A stretch of 64,000 nt of DNA from contig CACEMR010000002.1 in assembly GCA_902560725.1 (NCBI GenBank), positions 287 to 64,286 of the forward strand. The letters are read 5' to 3'. This DNA is from an uncultured Alphaproteobacteria bacterium. GTDB lineage: Bacteria > Pseudomonadota > Alphaproteobacteria > HIMB59 > GCA-002718135. A program made the translations under genes and the position numbers. Below the pieces are notes generated by a model. It was not told the DNA's origin and ran no database searches. It saw only the letters and a program-made list of their open reading frames with translations. Every line of letters begins with the position of its first letter. Position 1 is the first letter of the stretch. Positions 32,031 through 41,910 of this stretch are shown here, in pieces.

Positions 32031-33164
32031 GTGGCTGATAAGGATTTCTATGAGATACTAGGCGTTCAAAAGAATGCTAGTGATGATGAGATTAAAAAAG
32101 CTTATAGAAAAAAAGCCATGAAATATCATCCAGACCGTAACAAGGATGATAAAAAAGCTGAAAGAAAATTTAAGGAAGCTGCAGCAGCTTACGAAGTTCT
32201 AAAAGACTCAGAAAAAAGATCCGCATATGATCAATACGGACATGATGCTTTTAGACAAGGCGGCATGGGTGGAGCTCAAGGCTTTGGAGACTTTGCTGGA
32301 GGTTTTTCAGATATTTTTGAAGAATTTTTTGGTGGAGGTTTTGGTGGACAATCATCAAGAAGAAGAGGCCCACAAAGGGGAAGTGACCTTCGTTACAACA
32401 TGTCAGTCTCCCTACATGAAGCTTTCACTGGAAAGAAACCACAAATAAGGATACCAACATACGTTGGTTGTGATGCGTGCGCATCTACTGGAAGTGCAGA
32501 TAAGTCTGGACCAAGTACTTGTTCTACTTGTGGCGGTGCTGGTAAGGTTCGATCACAACAAGGTTTTTTTTCTATTGAGAGACCATGTCCTACATGTGGT
32601 GGAGAAGGATCAACTATTAAAAATCCATGCCTCAAATGTTCTGGAACAGGAAATATAAAAAAACAAAAAACTATTTCTGTTACTATTCCAGCTGGTGTTG
32701 ACACAGGCACAAGAATTAGAATAGCTGGAGAAGGGGAACCAGGTGAAAGAGGTGCTGGAAATGGAGATCTTTATATTTTTGTTGAAGTACAAAAAGATAA
32801 ATTATTTGAAAGAGAAGAAGAAAATTTATTTTGTGAGATTCCAATTTCTATTACAACCGCAATTTTAGGCGGCGAGATAGATGTGCCAACAATAGAAGGA
32901 AAAAAAGCAAGATTGAATATTCCTTCTGGAACTCAATCTGAAACTCAATTCAGACTTCGAGGTAAAGGAATGAGTATACTTAGACAAAGCAGAAGAGGTG
33001 ATATGTATGTGCAAGCAAATGTTGAAATTCCTGTAAATCTAAATAGCAAACAGAAAGAAATCTTAAGAGAATTTGAGAATGAAGGAGGCACATCAAAAAA
33101 ACACAGTCCAAAATCGCAAGGATTTTTCTCAAAATTAAAAGAAGTCTGGGAAGATTTAACTTAA
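32031..33164 (+). CDS. dnaJ: Chaperone DnaJ
   Basis: HPD J-domain, G/F-rich region, four CxxCxxxG repeats; GTG start after AGGAGG. Confidence 0.98.
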   Translation: MADKDFYEILGVQKNASDDEIKKAYRKKAMKYHPDRNKDDKKAERKFKEAAAAYEVLKDSEKRSAYDQYGHDAFRQGGMGGAQGFGDFAGGFSDIFEEFFGGGFGGQSSRRRGPQRGSDLRYNMSVSLHEAFTGKKPQIRIPTYVGCDACASTGSADKSGPSTCSTCGGAGKVRSQQGFFSIERPCPTCGGEGSTIKNPCLKCSGTGNIKKQKTISVTIPAGVDTGTRIRIAGEGEPGERGAGNGDLYIFVEVQKDKLFEREEENLFCEIPISITTAILGGEIDVPTIEGKKARLNIPSGTQSETQFRLRGKGMSILRQSRRGDMYVQANVEIPVNLNSKQKEILREFENEGGTSKKHSPKSQGFFSKLKEVWEDLT

Positions 33165-33205
33165 TTTCTTTTCAACTTACAATCACCAAAGTATAAGAAG
33201 TTTTT

Positions 33206-34009
33206 ATGACAAAAATTAAAATAGTAGTTGCAGGTTGTCTTGGCCGAATGGGCCAGGAAATATCTAAACAAATTCTAAAAAATAAAAATTTAGAATTTGT
33301 AGGCGGTTTTGAACATAAAAAACATAAAGATTTAAACAAGCAACTAAACAAAGTGTCCGATATAAAGTCTTCAAAATTGGTTACTGCTAATTCAGCTCAA
33401 CTAATTAAAGAAGCAAATGTCATAATTGATTTTACAACACCTGAGTCTACTTTAGATAATCTTAAAATTGCCTCCGCAAACAAAACATCCGTTGTTATTG
33501 GCACAACTGGAATGACTGATGCTCAAAAAAAGAAAGTAAAAAGTTACTCAAAAAAAATACCGATACTCATGTCTTCTAATATGAGTCTTGGAGTTAATTT
33601 ATTATTTAATTTAGTTCAACAAACAGCATCAGCTTTAAAAAACACTGATTATGATATTGAAATTGCTGAAACGCATCATAAACACAAAAAAGATGCTCCT
33701 TCTGGAACAGCACTTTCTCTTGGTGAATATGCTGCTCAAGGAAGAAAAATTACATTAAATAAATCAAAAGTTTTAGACCGCACAAAAAAATCAACTTCGA
33801 GAAAAAAAGGCGACATTGGTTTTTCTGTAACTCGAGGTGGAGAAATTGCAGGTGAACACACTGTTAGTTTTATCGGTACTAACGATAGGGTTGATCTAGT
33901 CCATAAAGCAAATAATAGATCAATTTTTGTAAGCGGAGCTATTGAAGCAGCAATCTTTATTTCAAAAAAAAGAACAGGTTTATTTAATATGAATGATCTT
34001 TTGTTTTAA
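33206..34009 (+). CDS. dapB: 4-hydroxy-tetrahydrodipicolinate reductase
   Basis: GCLGRMG, IDFT, GTTG, ETHHKHKKDAPSGTA. Confidence 0.97.
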   Translation: MTKIKIVVAGCLGRMGQEISKQILKNKNLEFVGGFEHKKHKDLNKQLNKVSDIKSSKLVTANSAQLIKEANVIIDFTTPESTLDNLKIASANKTSVVIGTTGMTDAQKKKVKSYSKKIPILMSSNMSLGVNLLFNLVQQTASALKNTDYDIEIAETHHKHKKDAPSGTALSLGEYAAQGRKITLNKSKVLDRTKKSTSRKKGDIGFSVTRGGEIAGEHTVSFIGTNDRVDLVHKANNRSIFVSGAIEAAIFISKKRTGLFNMNDLLF

Positions 34010-34452
34010 TAAAAGTTTAATTGTCTTTTAATTTTTAAATACAAACCTTCTTTTAAGTCAGCGTGCAAAAAAGATGCAACCTCTGTCTCTCTGTTTGACT
34101 CTCTAATTGATAGTTTGGATGTGTTGTTAAATTTGGTAAAAAATACTTTAGACCAATAAGTGTTAAATTTATATGTATGTAAAAGTTTATCACCTTTAAA
34201 TTTTTTTATAGAAATTTCTTTTTGATCAATATTAATTTTATCTTTAAGATTTTTTTCCTTAAAATATAAACGTATCAAATAAAATATTACTAAATATTCA
34301 ACTCCAAGAAATATAGAAACAGGCCATGCCCCCTGTATTATTAGAAAAATAGAAAATAAAGAACACCAGCTCATTAAAATAATTCCTAAAATAATAAAGA
34401 CTGATTTTGAGCAGCTTTGATAAGGAGTTATATTTTCACTCAATGAATTCAT
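34006..34452 (-). CDS. Membrane protein, DUF2244-like
   Basis: Two N-terminal TMs with GAWPVSIFLGVE; C-terminal EVASFL. Confidence 0.7.
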   Translation of the reverse strand: MNSLSENITPYQSCSKSVFIILGIILMSWCSLFSIFLIIQGAWPVSIFLGVEYLVIFYLIRLYFKEKNLKDKINIDQKEISIKKFKGDKLLHTYKFNTYWSKVFFTKFNNTSKLSIRESNRETEVASFLHADLKEGLYLKIKRQLNFY

Positions 34453-34475
34453 AGAACCAATTTAATACAAAATTT

Positions 34476-34635
34476 ATATTTAAATAAGGGACAAAACCTC
34501 TCACTCTCTTAATAATTTCTAAATAGCAAATTATTAGTAATTTATAATTGCTTTCAAAGCCTAAAAAATGGCTAATTTCCGTTGGTCTCTTGCTAATTAA
34601 GTAAGGAAGATATAGATGCATCCCCGATTAAATAT
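34476..34635. ncRNA. Candidate structured RNA in the DUF2244/pyc intergenic region
   Basis: Nested complementary segments ATATTTAA/TTAAATAT, GGGA/TCCC, CTTAAT/ATTAAG, TAGCAA/TTGCTA, AGCC/GGCT; family not recognised. Confidence 0.3.
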
Positions 34636-34667
34636 TAAGAAAAAACTATAATTAAAATGATTATTAT

Positions 34668-37600
34668 ATGAAAAAGATTAGCAAAATTCTAGCCGCGAAT
34701 AGAAGTGAGATTGCTATTCGAATTTTCAGAGCTGCTGAAGAGTCTGGAATAAGAACAGCTGCTATTTATTCAAAAGAAGATCGCTTTGCCATTCATCGCT
34801 TTAAAACTGATGAAAGTTATTTGGTCGGAGAAGGCAAAGGACCCATACAGGCATATTTAGATATAGACTCAATTATCAAAATTGCAAAAGGTGCTAACGT
34901 TGATGCCATTCACCCTGGTTATGGTTTTTTATCTGAAAGTCCTGAGCTAGCTGCGCAGTGTGAAAAAAATGGAATAACATTTATTGGTCCAAGCAAAGAA
35001 ATATTACAAAGATTTGGAAATAAAACAGAAGCAAAAAAAGTTGCAGAAGAAGCAAAGGTTGACATCGTTCCTTCCGCTCTTGTAACAAAAGAAAATTTAA
35101 ATAGTGTTGAGAAAGAAGTTGAAAAAATAGGTTACCCTGTAATTGTTAAAGCTAGTTGGGGAGGAGGAGGTCGAGGAATGCGTGTTGTAAGATCAAGCAA
35201 AGACTTGTTGGATCAAATTACAACAGCGCAGAGTGAGTCACTAAAAGCTTTTGGAAAAGATGAAGTATTTATAGAAAAATTTCTTGAAGACGCTGCCCAC
35301 ATAGAAGTACAAATTTTAGGAGATAGTCACGGAAATATCATACACCTCTTTGAAAGAGATTGCTCTCTTCAAAGAAGACATCAAAAGATTATTGAAAGAG
35401 CTCCAGCACATTTTCTTGAAAATAAAACCCGAGAAGCAATATGTAATGCGGCTATCAAAATTGCTAAACAGGTAAATTATTTTGGCGCAGGAACAGTTGA
35501 ATTTTTATTTGATAAAAAGTCTGGCAAATTTTATTTCATTGAGGTTAATCCAAGAATTCAAGTTGAACATACGGTAACTGAAGAAGTAACTGGTATTGAT
35601 ATAGTAAAAGCTCAAATTAAAATTGCAGAAGGAGAAAAAATTGGAAGTCATCCTGCTCTTCCAAAACAAGAAGACATACATCTTAACGGATATGCTATTC
35701 AATGTAGAGTTACAACAGAAGATCCACTTAATAATTTTATGCCAGATTATGGGAAGATCATGACTTACCGATCTGCAGCCGGTTTTGGAGTAAGATTAGA
35801 TGCAGCGAATGCATCATCCGGTTCAATTATTACACCATATTATGACTCTTTACTTGTAAAAGTAACCACTTGGGCAAAGCATCAAGATGATTGCATAAAA
35901 AGAATGGATAGAGCGTTAAGAGAATTTAGAATTAGAGGTGTTAAAACAAATTTAGTATTTCTAGAATCTCTTATAAATAACAATGATTTTCTTAAAGGAA
36001 ATTATAATACGAATTTTGTTGATACAAAAAAAGAATTATACACCTATAAACCTCAAAAGGATCGAGCATCAAAAATTGTATCTTATCTGGGTAATATAAT
36101 AGTAAACGGACACAGCGATATTTCTGGAAGGCCTAATAATAGTTCAGCTGTAGAAGTTCAAATTCCTATCTCAAATAACAAAAATGGAAAAAATAATTTT
36201 GTCGAAGATTTAAAAAAACTAGGTTCTGCAAAATTTGCAAAAAAAATAAAAGAAATACCCTACACTTTAATTACAGATACAACGATGCGTGATGCACACC
36301 AATCACTTTTAGCCACAAGGATGCGCACAGATGATATTGTTAACATTGCTGAATATTATAGTAAAAGTCTAAGCAACTTATTTTCATTGGAATGTTGGGG
36401 AGGCGCAACTTTCGATACTTCAATGAGATTTTTAAAAGAAGATCCGTGGGATAGATTAGAAAGGTTAAATAATAGAGCTCCTAATCTTCTTAAACAAATG
36501 CTCTTTAGAGGCTCTAATGCTGTTGGTTATAAAAATTATCCGGACAATGTTGTTAAACATTTTATTAAACAGTCTGCAGAAGCAGGAATTGATGTATTTC
36601 GTGTTTTTGATTCATTAAACTTAATTGATAATATGCGAGTTGCAATTGATGAAGTACGTAATCAAAATAAAATTTGTGAAGGGACTATTTGTTATACAAA
36701 CGATGTGACTGATCCAAATGAAAAAAAATATACATTAAAATATTATATTGACCTTGTTAAAGATTTAGAAAAAGTAGGAGCAAATATTATTGCTATAAAA
36801 GATATGGCGGGATTGGCAAAACCTAATGCTATAAAAAAATTAGTAAACGAAATAAAACAAACAACTGATCTTCCAATTCACTTCCACACACACGATACAT
36901 CTGGCACCTCATCAGCATCTGTTCTTGCTGCAATAGAAGAAAAAGTAGATATTGTTGATCTTGCAATTGACTCTATGAGCGGTTTGACATCCCAGCCTGC
37001 ATTTGGTTCAATCGTATCAATAATGAAACAAAATCATCAAGATCCAAAACTAGATGAAGAGGCTATTAGAACACTATCTTTATATTGGGAGCAGGTTCGA
37101 CAAAATTATCATGCTTTTGAAACAGACTTCAAAGGCGGAAGTTCTGATGTGTATCTTCACCAAATGCCTGGTGGACAGTTCACCAACCTAAAAGAACAAG
37201 CTAGATCTTTAGGAATTACAACTGATAAATGGGGAATGGTTGCAAATAAATATGCAGAAGTAAATCAACTTTTTGGCGATATTGTTAAGGTAACGCCTTC
37301 TTCTAAAATTGTAGGCGATATGGCACTTTATATGATTGCTAATGATTTAAGCAAAGAAGATATATTAGATCCAAAAAAAGAAATTTCTTTTCCCGCTTCT
37401 GTTATTGAGTTTTTTAAAGGTGAAATTGGCATACCACATGGGGGCTTTCCAAAAGAGTTACAAAAAAAGGTTCTTGGAGATGTAAAACCTCTAACAAAAA
37501 GACCAGGAGAAGTTTTAGAATCAGTTGATCTAGATAAAGAAGTTAAAAACTTAGAAAATGAAATAGGAATGAAAGTTGAACAAACGCATCTTGCTTCTTA

Positions 37601-38108
37601 CTTAATGTATCCAAAAGTTTTTAAAGACTATGTAGATCATTTTAAGGAGTTTAGTGACACATCAATTCTTTCTACAGAATTATTTTTTTATGGTCCTCAG
37701 CAAGATAAAGAATACACAATAGAAATTGATAAAGGTAAAAACTTAATTTTAAGATATTTAGCAAAAAGTGAAGTTAACAATAATGGAAAATGCTCTGTCT
37801 TTTTTGAAATCAATGGTCAACCACGTACTATTGATATTGAAAATAGAGAATTTTCAAAAAATATTATACAAAGAGCGAAAGCAGATGATAGTAACAATAA
37901 TCATGTAGGATCCCCATTACCAGGTCAAGTTGCCAAAATATTTGTCAAACCGGGAAATAAGGTAATTAAAGGTGATAAACTTTTAGTTATAGAAGCAATG
38001 AAAATGGAAACTACTATTAATGCAGAAAAAAGTGGAACAGTAAAATCTCTAAATGTTTCTTCTGGTGATAATGTTGAAACAAAAGATTTATTAGTTGAGA
38101 TTAGCTAA
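34668..38108 (+). CDS. pyc: Pyruvate carboxylase
   Basis: Biotin carboxylase domain (ANRSEIA, HPGYGFLSE, GGGGRGMR), carboxyltransferase (RDAHQS, IKDMAG, HTHDT), biotinyl EAMKM. Confidence 0.98.
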   Translation: MKKISKILAANRSEIAIRIFRAAEESGIRTAAIYSKEDRFAIHRFKTDESYLVGEGKGPIQAYLDIDSIIKIAKGANVDAIHPGYGFLSESPELAAQCEKNGITFIGPSKEILQRFGNKTEAKKVAEEAKVDIVPSALVTKENLNSVEKEVEKIGYPVIVKASWGGGGRGMRVVRSSKDLLDQITTAQSESLKAFGKDEVFIEKFLEDAAHIEVQILGDSHGNIIHLFERDCSLQRRHQKIIERAPAHFLENKTREAICNAAIKIAKQVNYFGAGTVEFLFDKKSGKFYFIEVNPRIQVEHTVTEEVTGIDIVKAQIKIAEGEKIGSHPALPKQEDIHLNGYAIQCRVTTEDPLNNFMPDYGKIMTYRSAAGFGVRLDAANASSGSIITPYYDSLLVKVTTWAKHQDDCIKRMDRALREFRIRGVKTNLVFLESLINNNDFLKGNYNTNFVDTKKELYTYKPQKDRASKIVSYLGNIIVNGHSDISGRPNNSSAVEVQIPISNNKNGKNNFVEDLKKLGSAKFAKKIKEIPYTLITDTTMRDAHQSLLATRMRTDDIVNIAEYYSKSLSNLFSLECWGGATFDTSMRFLKEDPWDRLERLNNRAPNLLKQMLFRGSNAVGYKNYPDNVVKHFIKQSAEAGIDVFRVFDSLNLIDNMRVAIDEVRNQNKICEGTICYTNDVTDPNEKKYTLKYYIDLVKDLEKVGANIIAIKDMAGLAKPNAIKKLVNEIKQTTDLPIHFHTHDTSGTSSASVLAAIEEKVDIVDLAIDSMSGLTSQPAFGSIVSIMKQNHQDPKLDEEAIRTLSLYWEQVRQNYHAFETDFKGGSSDVYLHQMPGGQFTNLKEQARSLGITTDKWGMVANKYAEVNQLFGDIVKVTPSSKIVGDMALYMIANDLSKEDILDPKKEISFPASVIEFFKGEIGIPHGGFPKELQKKVLGDVKPLTKRPGEVLESVDLDKEVKNLENEIGMKVEQTHLASYLMYPKVFKDYVDHFKEFSDTSILSTELFFYGPQQDKEYTIEIDKGKNLILRYLAKSEVNNNGKCSVFFEINGQPRTIDIENREFSKNIIQRAKADDSNNNHVGSPLPGQVAKIFVKPGNKVIKGDKLLVIEAMKMETTINAEKSGTVKSLNVSSGDNVETKDLLVEIS

Positions 38109-38586
38109 TTAATTTGTATTCCCTATAACAAGACTCCAAAGATTGCTTGCTATTTAAAAGCTCGCCTATACCATCCCTGAATTCAAAGTGCTCAACTCTT
38201 TTTATATTTGAATTAAGATTAAAAAAAAGAAAAAGTCTACATGAAGAGCTATCATAACGAAGCATCTTTATAGAGCCATCTGATCTTGCTAATTGTGGCT
38301 CCCCCATCTGTTCTTGGATTTCATCAATTTTTTTTCCTATAAAATTTATTTGCGCTAATTTTTGCTGTGTTTTAACAATTGTTTTTTCTTCTTTTTTTTC
38401 TTGAGTTATAATTTTTTTTTCTTCCACTATTGTTTTATCCTCAAAAATTTTTACTTTCTTTTCTTCAAACTGTTTTTCAACCTTTTCTTTTACTACGGAT
38501 CCAACTTTAACAACTTCTTTTGTTACTTCAATTGTTGTACAGTTTGATAAAAATATAATTAATAGTAAATAGGTTAATAACCGCAT
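38101..38586 (-). CDS. Hypothetical lipoprotein
   Basis: Lipobox LSNC, charged linker, C-terminal GEPQLAR...YDSSSCRLFLF domain with two Cys. Confidence 0.7.
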   Translation of the reverse strand: MRLLTYLLLIIFLSNCTTIEVTKEVVKVGSVVKEKVEKQFEEKKVKIFEDKTIVEEKKIITQEKKEEKTIVKTQQKLAQINFIGKKIDEIQEQMGEPQLARSDGSIKMLRYDSSSCRLFLFFNLNSNIKRVEHFEFRDGIGELLNSKQSLESCYREYKLIS

Positions 38587-38621
38587 TGCTCTTTAGAACG
38601 TTTGTATATATGTTATCTTAA

Positions 38622-39242
38622 ATGATTACAGTAATTAAATCTCAATTTGTTCAGCATAAACTAACAATATTAAGAAATAAAAAAACTTCAAATACTGTTT
38701 TTAGACAAACAATGAATGAAACAAGTTATTTAATTGCAGCAGAGGTGTTAAAGCATCTTCCTTATAAAAAAACCAAAGTTGAAACTCCTTTAAAGAGTAC
38801 TAGTGGAACGATCCTTGCTAAACAAATCATACTAGTTCCAATATTAAGAGCCGGCTTAGGACTGCTTGAGGGTTTTGCTAAATTTCTTCCTGATGCTGAA
38901 AAGGGTCACATTGGTTTATATCGAGATGAGCAAACATACGAGCCCGTAGAGTATTTATTTAAATTACCAAAGATAAGAAACAAAAAAATTCTGATTTTAG
39001 ACCCCATGCTTGCAACTGGAAATTCATCAATTGCTGCAATTGATCTTATTAGAAACAAGGGCGCTAATATAAAAGATATTTCCCTAATATCTCTTTTAGC
39101 TGCTCCAGAGGGGCTAAAAAACATCCAAAAGAAACAAAAAGGAATCCATATTTTTACCTGCAGTATTGACAAAAAATTGAATAAAAATAAGTTTATTGTC
39201 CCTGGCCTTGGTGATGCAGGTGATAGGTATATGGGAACTTGA
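38622..39242 (+). CDS. upp: Uracil phosphoribosyltransferase
   Basis: HKLTILR, PILRAG, LDPMLATGNS, IVPGLGDAGDR. Confidence 0.97.
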   Translation: MITVIKSQFVQHKLTILRNKKTSNTVFRQTMNETSYLIAAEVLKHLPYKKTKVETPLKSTSGTILAKQIILVPILRAGLGLLEGFAKFLPDAEKGHIGLYRDEQTYEPVEYLFKLPKIRNKKILILDPMLATGNSSIAAIDLIRNKGANIKDISLISLLAAPEGLKNIQKKQKGIHIFTCSIDKKLNKNKFIVPGLGDAGDRYMGT

Positions 39243-39359
39243 TTTTATCCATAAAAAAAACAATTATTTTACAACTATCTCTTTTTTAATAATTTTATTT
39301 TGCAATAAAAATGTTATCAATAAGATATCTATAATTCATATTTAAGGGGGATTTTTGGT

Positions 39360-40337
39360 ATGAAAAAAATTTTTAGTATTTTTGCAGTTTCTTTCGCTCT
39401 CGTCTTCTCTTCAAGTGCGTTTGCAAACACAATAGGGGTTGTTTATGACTCTGGTGGAAAATTCGATAAATCTTTTAACGAATTAGCATTCAATACAGCT
39501 GAGAGAGTTGTAAATGAACTTGGTTGGAGCATGATTGAATTTGAATCAGCTAATGACAATCAAATTGAACAAGGTATGCGTAAAATTGCTGATAGAGGGG
39601 CAACAATGATTGTTGGAATGGGATTTGCACAAGCAGATGCTGTTGCAGCAGTTTCTGCTGACTACCCTGATATTAAATTTGTTGCAGTTGATGTTTGTTG
39701 GTTAGACGATCCAAACAACAATATTTATCAAGCTTGTTATAAAGAACATGAAGGATCATTCTTAGTTGGGATGATGGCTGCTATGGCGTCTAAAAGTGGA
39801 ACCATTGGATTTGTTGGTGGAATGGACATTCCATTAATTAGAAAATTTCAAGGTGGTTACGAACAAGGTGCTCAATATGTAAATCCAAACATAGAGGTAT
39901 TAGCTAATATGACTGGAACAACTAATGAAGCATGGAACAATCCAACAAAAGGTGCTGAATTAACAAAAGCACAAATTGATGGTGGTGCAGACGTTGTTTA
40001 TCAAGCAGCAGGCGGCACAGGAATTGGTGTTCTTCAAGCTGCAGCAGATGCAGGCATAATGGGTATTGGAGTTGATTCGAACCAAAACTGGATGCATCCA
40101 GGTAATATGTTAACATCAATGTTAAAAAGATTAGATTTAACAATTTTTGAGCAAGCTGAAAAGGTGGGCAAAGGTTCTTTTGAATCAGGAATAAATATTT
40201 TAGGCCTTGCAGAAGGTATGGTAGGTTATGCAACTGAAGATGGCATGGTTTCATCTGAAATGGCTGCTGCTGCTGATGCTGCTGCTGCAGAAATAGCTAG
40301 TGGTTCACTAGTTGTTGCTGACTGGTCGCAAGAATAA
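39360..40337 (+). CDS. BMP family nucleoside ABC transporter substrate-binding protein
   Basis: Signal peptide, GGKFDKSFN, EHEGSFLVG, GADVVYQAAG, IGVDSNQ, TSMLK. Confidence 0.92.
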   Translation: MKKIFSIFAVSFALVFSSSAFANTIGVVYDSGGKFDKSFNELAFNTAERVVNELGWSMIEFESANDNQIEQGMRKIADRGATMIVGMGFAQADAVAAVSADYPDIKFVAVDVCWLDDPNNNIYQACYKEHEGSFLVGMMAAMASKSGTIGFVGGMDIPLIRKFQGGYEQGAQYVNPNIEVLANMTGTTNEAWNNPTKGAELTKAQIDGGADVVYQAAGGTGIGVLQAAADAGIMGIGVDSNQNWMHPGNMLTSMLKRLDLTIFEQAEKVGKGSFESGINILGLAEGMVGYATEDGMVSSEMAAAADAAAAEIASGSLVVADWSQE

Positions 40338-40357
40338 TTAAAACTAATTAAATATCT

Positions 40358-40397
40358 GGTGAGACCTAAGACTTATTAATAATCTTATGGTCTCACC
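40358..40397 (+). promoter_or_regulatory. Intercistronic stem-loop covering the ABC ATPase start codon
   Basis: GGTGAGACC-TAAGA (40358-40371) pairs with TCTTA-t-GGTCTCACC (40383-40397); ATG 40387 lies in the 3' arm. Confidence 0.7.
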
Positions 40398-41910
40398 TAT
40401 CTTAGAATTAACAGACATTAACAAATCTTTTGGCCATGTTCAGGCTAACAAAAATATTAATCTTAAAATAAAAAAAGGAACAATTCACGGTATAATCGGA
40501 GAAAACGGAGCAGGTAAATCTACTTTAATGAGCATCGTTTTTGGTCTTTACCAGGCAAACTCAGGTTCAATCAAAATTAATGGTAAAGAAATAAATTTAA
40601 GATCCCCAAGGGATTCAATAATTAATGGAATTGGAATGGTTCACCAACATTTTATGTTGGTAGAAAATTTTACCGTACTTGAAAACATTATATTGGGTTT
40701 TGAAGGTGAAACAGTTTTTGGAGAAAAATTGCAAAAGGCAAAGGAAGATTTACAGAAATTATGTAACACATATAATTTTAATATAGATCTTGATGCAACC
40801 ATTTCTGATTTATCTGTAGGCTTTCGACAAAGAGTTGAAATATTAAAGTCTTTATATAGAGGAGCAGAAATTCTAATTCTGGATGAACCAACTGGAGTTC
40901 TTACACCCCAAGAAGTTGACGAATTGTTTAAAATTCTTCGCTCACTAAAGGAAGAAGGTAAAACTATAGTCCTAATTACACATAAATTGATTGAGATAAT
41001 GGATTTAACAAGTGAAGTATCAGTCATGCGCCAGGGAGAAATGGTAGGGCACACAAAAACTGAAGATACTAATAAAGAAAAATTAGCTGAAATGATGGTT
41101 GGCAGAAGTGTTTTACTTAGGGTCGATAAAAAAGAAATAAAAAAAGGTGAAATTATTTTTAAAGTTAATAATCTTTCAGTTAAAGATGATTTAGATGTAA
41201 CTCGTGTTAAAGATATAAATTTAGAAATATGCTCTGGAGAAATTTTAGGTATCGCTGGCGTAACTGGAAATGGGCAAACCGAATTATTAGAAGCTCTTTC
41301 AGGAATTAGGAGAGTTGAGTCTGGAAATATTGAGTTATTTGGTGAAAAAATATCTGATCATAATAATTTTTTAAATCCAAGCTTGCTTAAAGAAAAGGGT
41401 CTAGCACACGTTCCAGAAGATAGGCAAAGAATGGGTTTAATTAGTGATTTTAAAGCTTATGAAAATTTAATCTTTGGCTATCATGATCAGGAACCTTTTT
41501 CAAAATCATCTATTTTAAATAACAAAGAAATAACAGAATATTCCAAAAAGGTTATGCAAGAATATGATGTAAGGCCTAATTCTCCTAATTTAATAACATC
41601 TAATTTTTCTGGAGGTAATCAGCAGAAAATTATTTTAAGTAGAGAGCTTAATGAAAACCCAAAAGTTCTTTTGGTAGGTCAACCAACACGAGGTGTAGAT
41701 ATTGGTGCAATTGAATTTATTCATCAAAGACTTATTGATATGAGAGATAGAGGTGCTGCAATATTATTAGCATCAGTCGAGTTAGATGAAATTTTATCTT
41801 TATCTGATAGAATTATTGTAATGTTTGATGGAAAAATTGTTGGGGAAAAAGATAATAAAAATGTTACTGATCGTGAATTGGGATTACTAATGGCTGGTGT
41901 CGCAGAATGA
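40387..41910 (+). CDS. Nucleoside ABC transporter ATP-binding protein (two ABC domains)
   Basis: GENGAGKST, LDEPT, FSGGNQQK, QPTRGVD. Confidence 0.94.
   Translation: MVSPILELTDINKSFGHVQANKNINLKIKKGTIHGIIGENGAGKSTLMSIVFGLYQANSGSIKINGKEINLRSPRDSIINGIGMVHQHFMLVENFTVLENIILGFEGETVFGEKLQKAKEDLQKLCNTYNFNIDLDATISDLSVGFRQRVEILKSLYRGAEILILDEPTGVLTPQEVDELFKILRSLKEEGKTIVLITHKLIEIMDLTSEVSVMRQGEMVGHTKTEDTNKEKLAEMMVGRSVLLRVDKKEIKKGEIIFKVNNLSVKDDLDVTRVKDINLEICSGEILGIAGVTGNGQTELLEALSGIRRVESGNIELFGEKISDHNNFLNPSLLKEKGLAHVPEDRQRMGLISDFKAYENLIFGYHDQEPFSKSSILNNKEITEYSKKVMQEYDVRPNSPNLITSNFSGGNQQKIILSRELNENPKVLLVGQPTRGVDIGAIEFIHQRLIDMRDRGAAILLASVELDEILSLSDRIIVMFDGKIVGEKDNKNVTDRELGLLMAGVAE

Noticed and set aside
38592-38608. 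ICE-like half site TTTAGAA upstream of upp
   Set aside because: Right arm TTGTATA is a poor match and the flanking genes have no iron link
40263-40289. (GCT)n-like tandem repeat
   Set aside because: Encodes an Ala-rich helix at the end of the BMP protein
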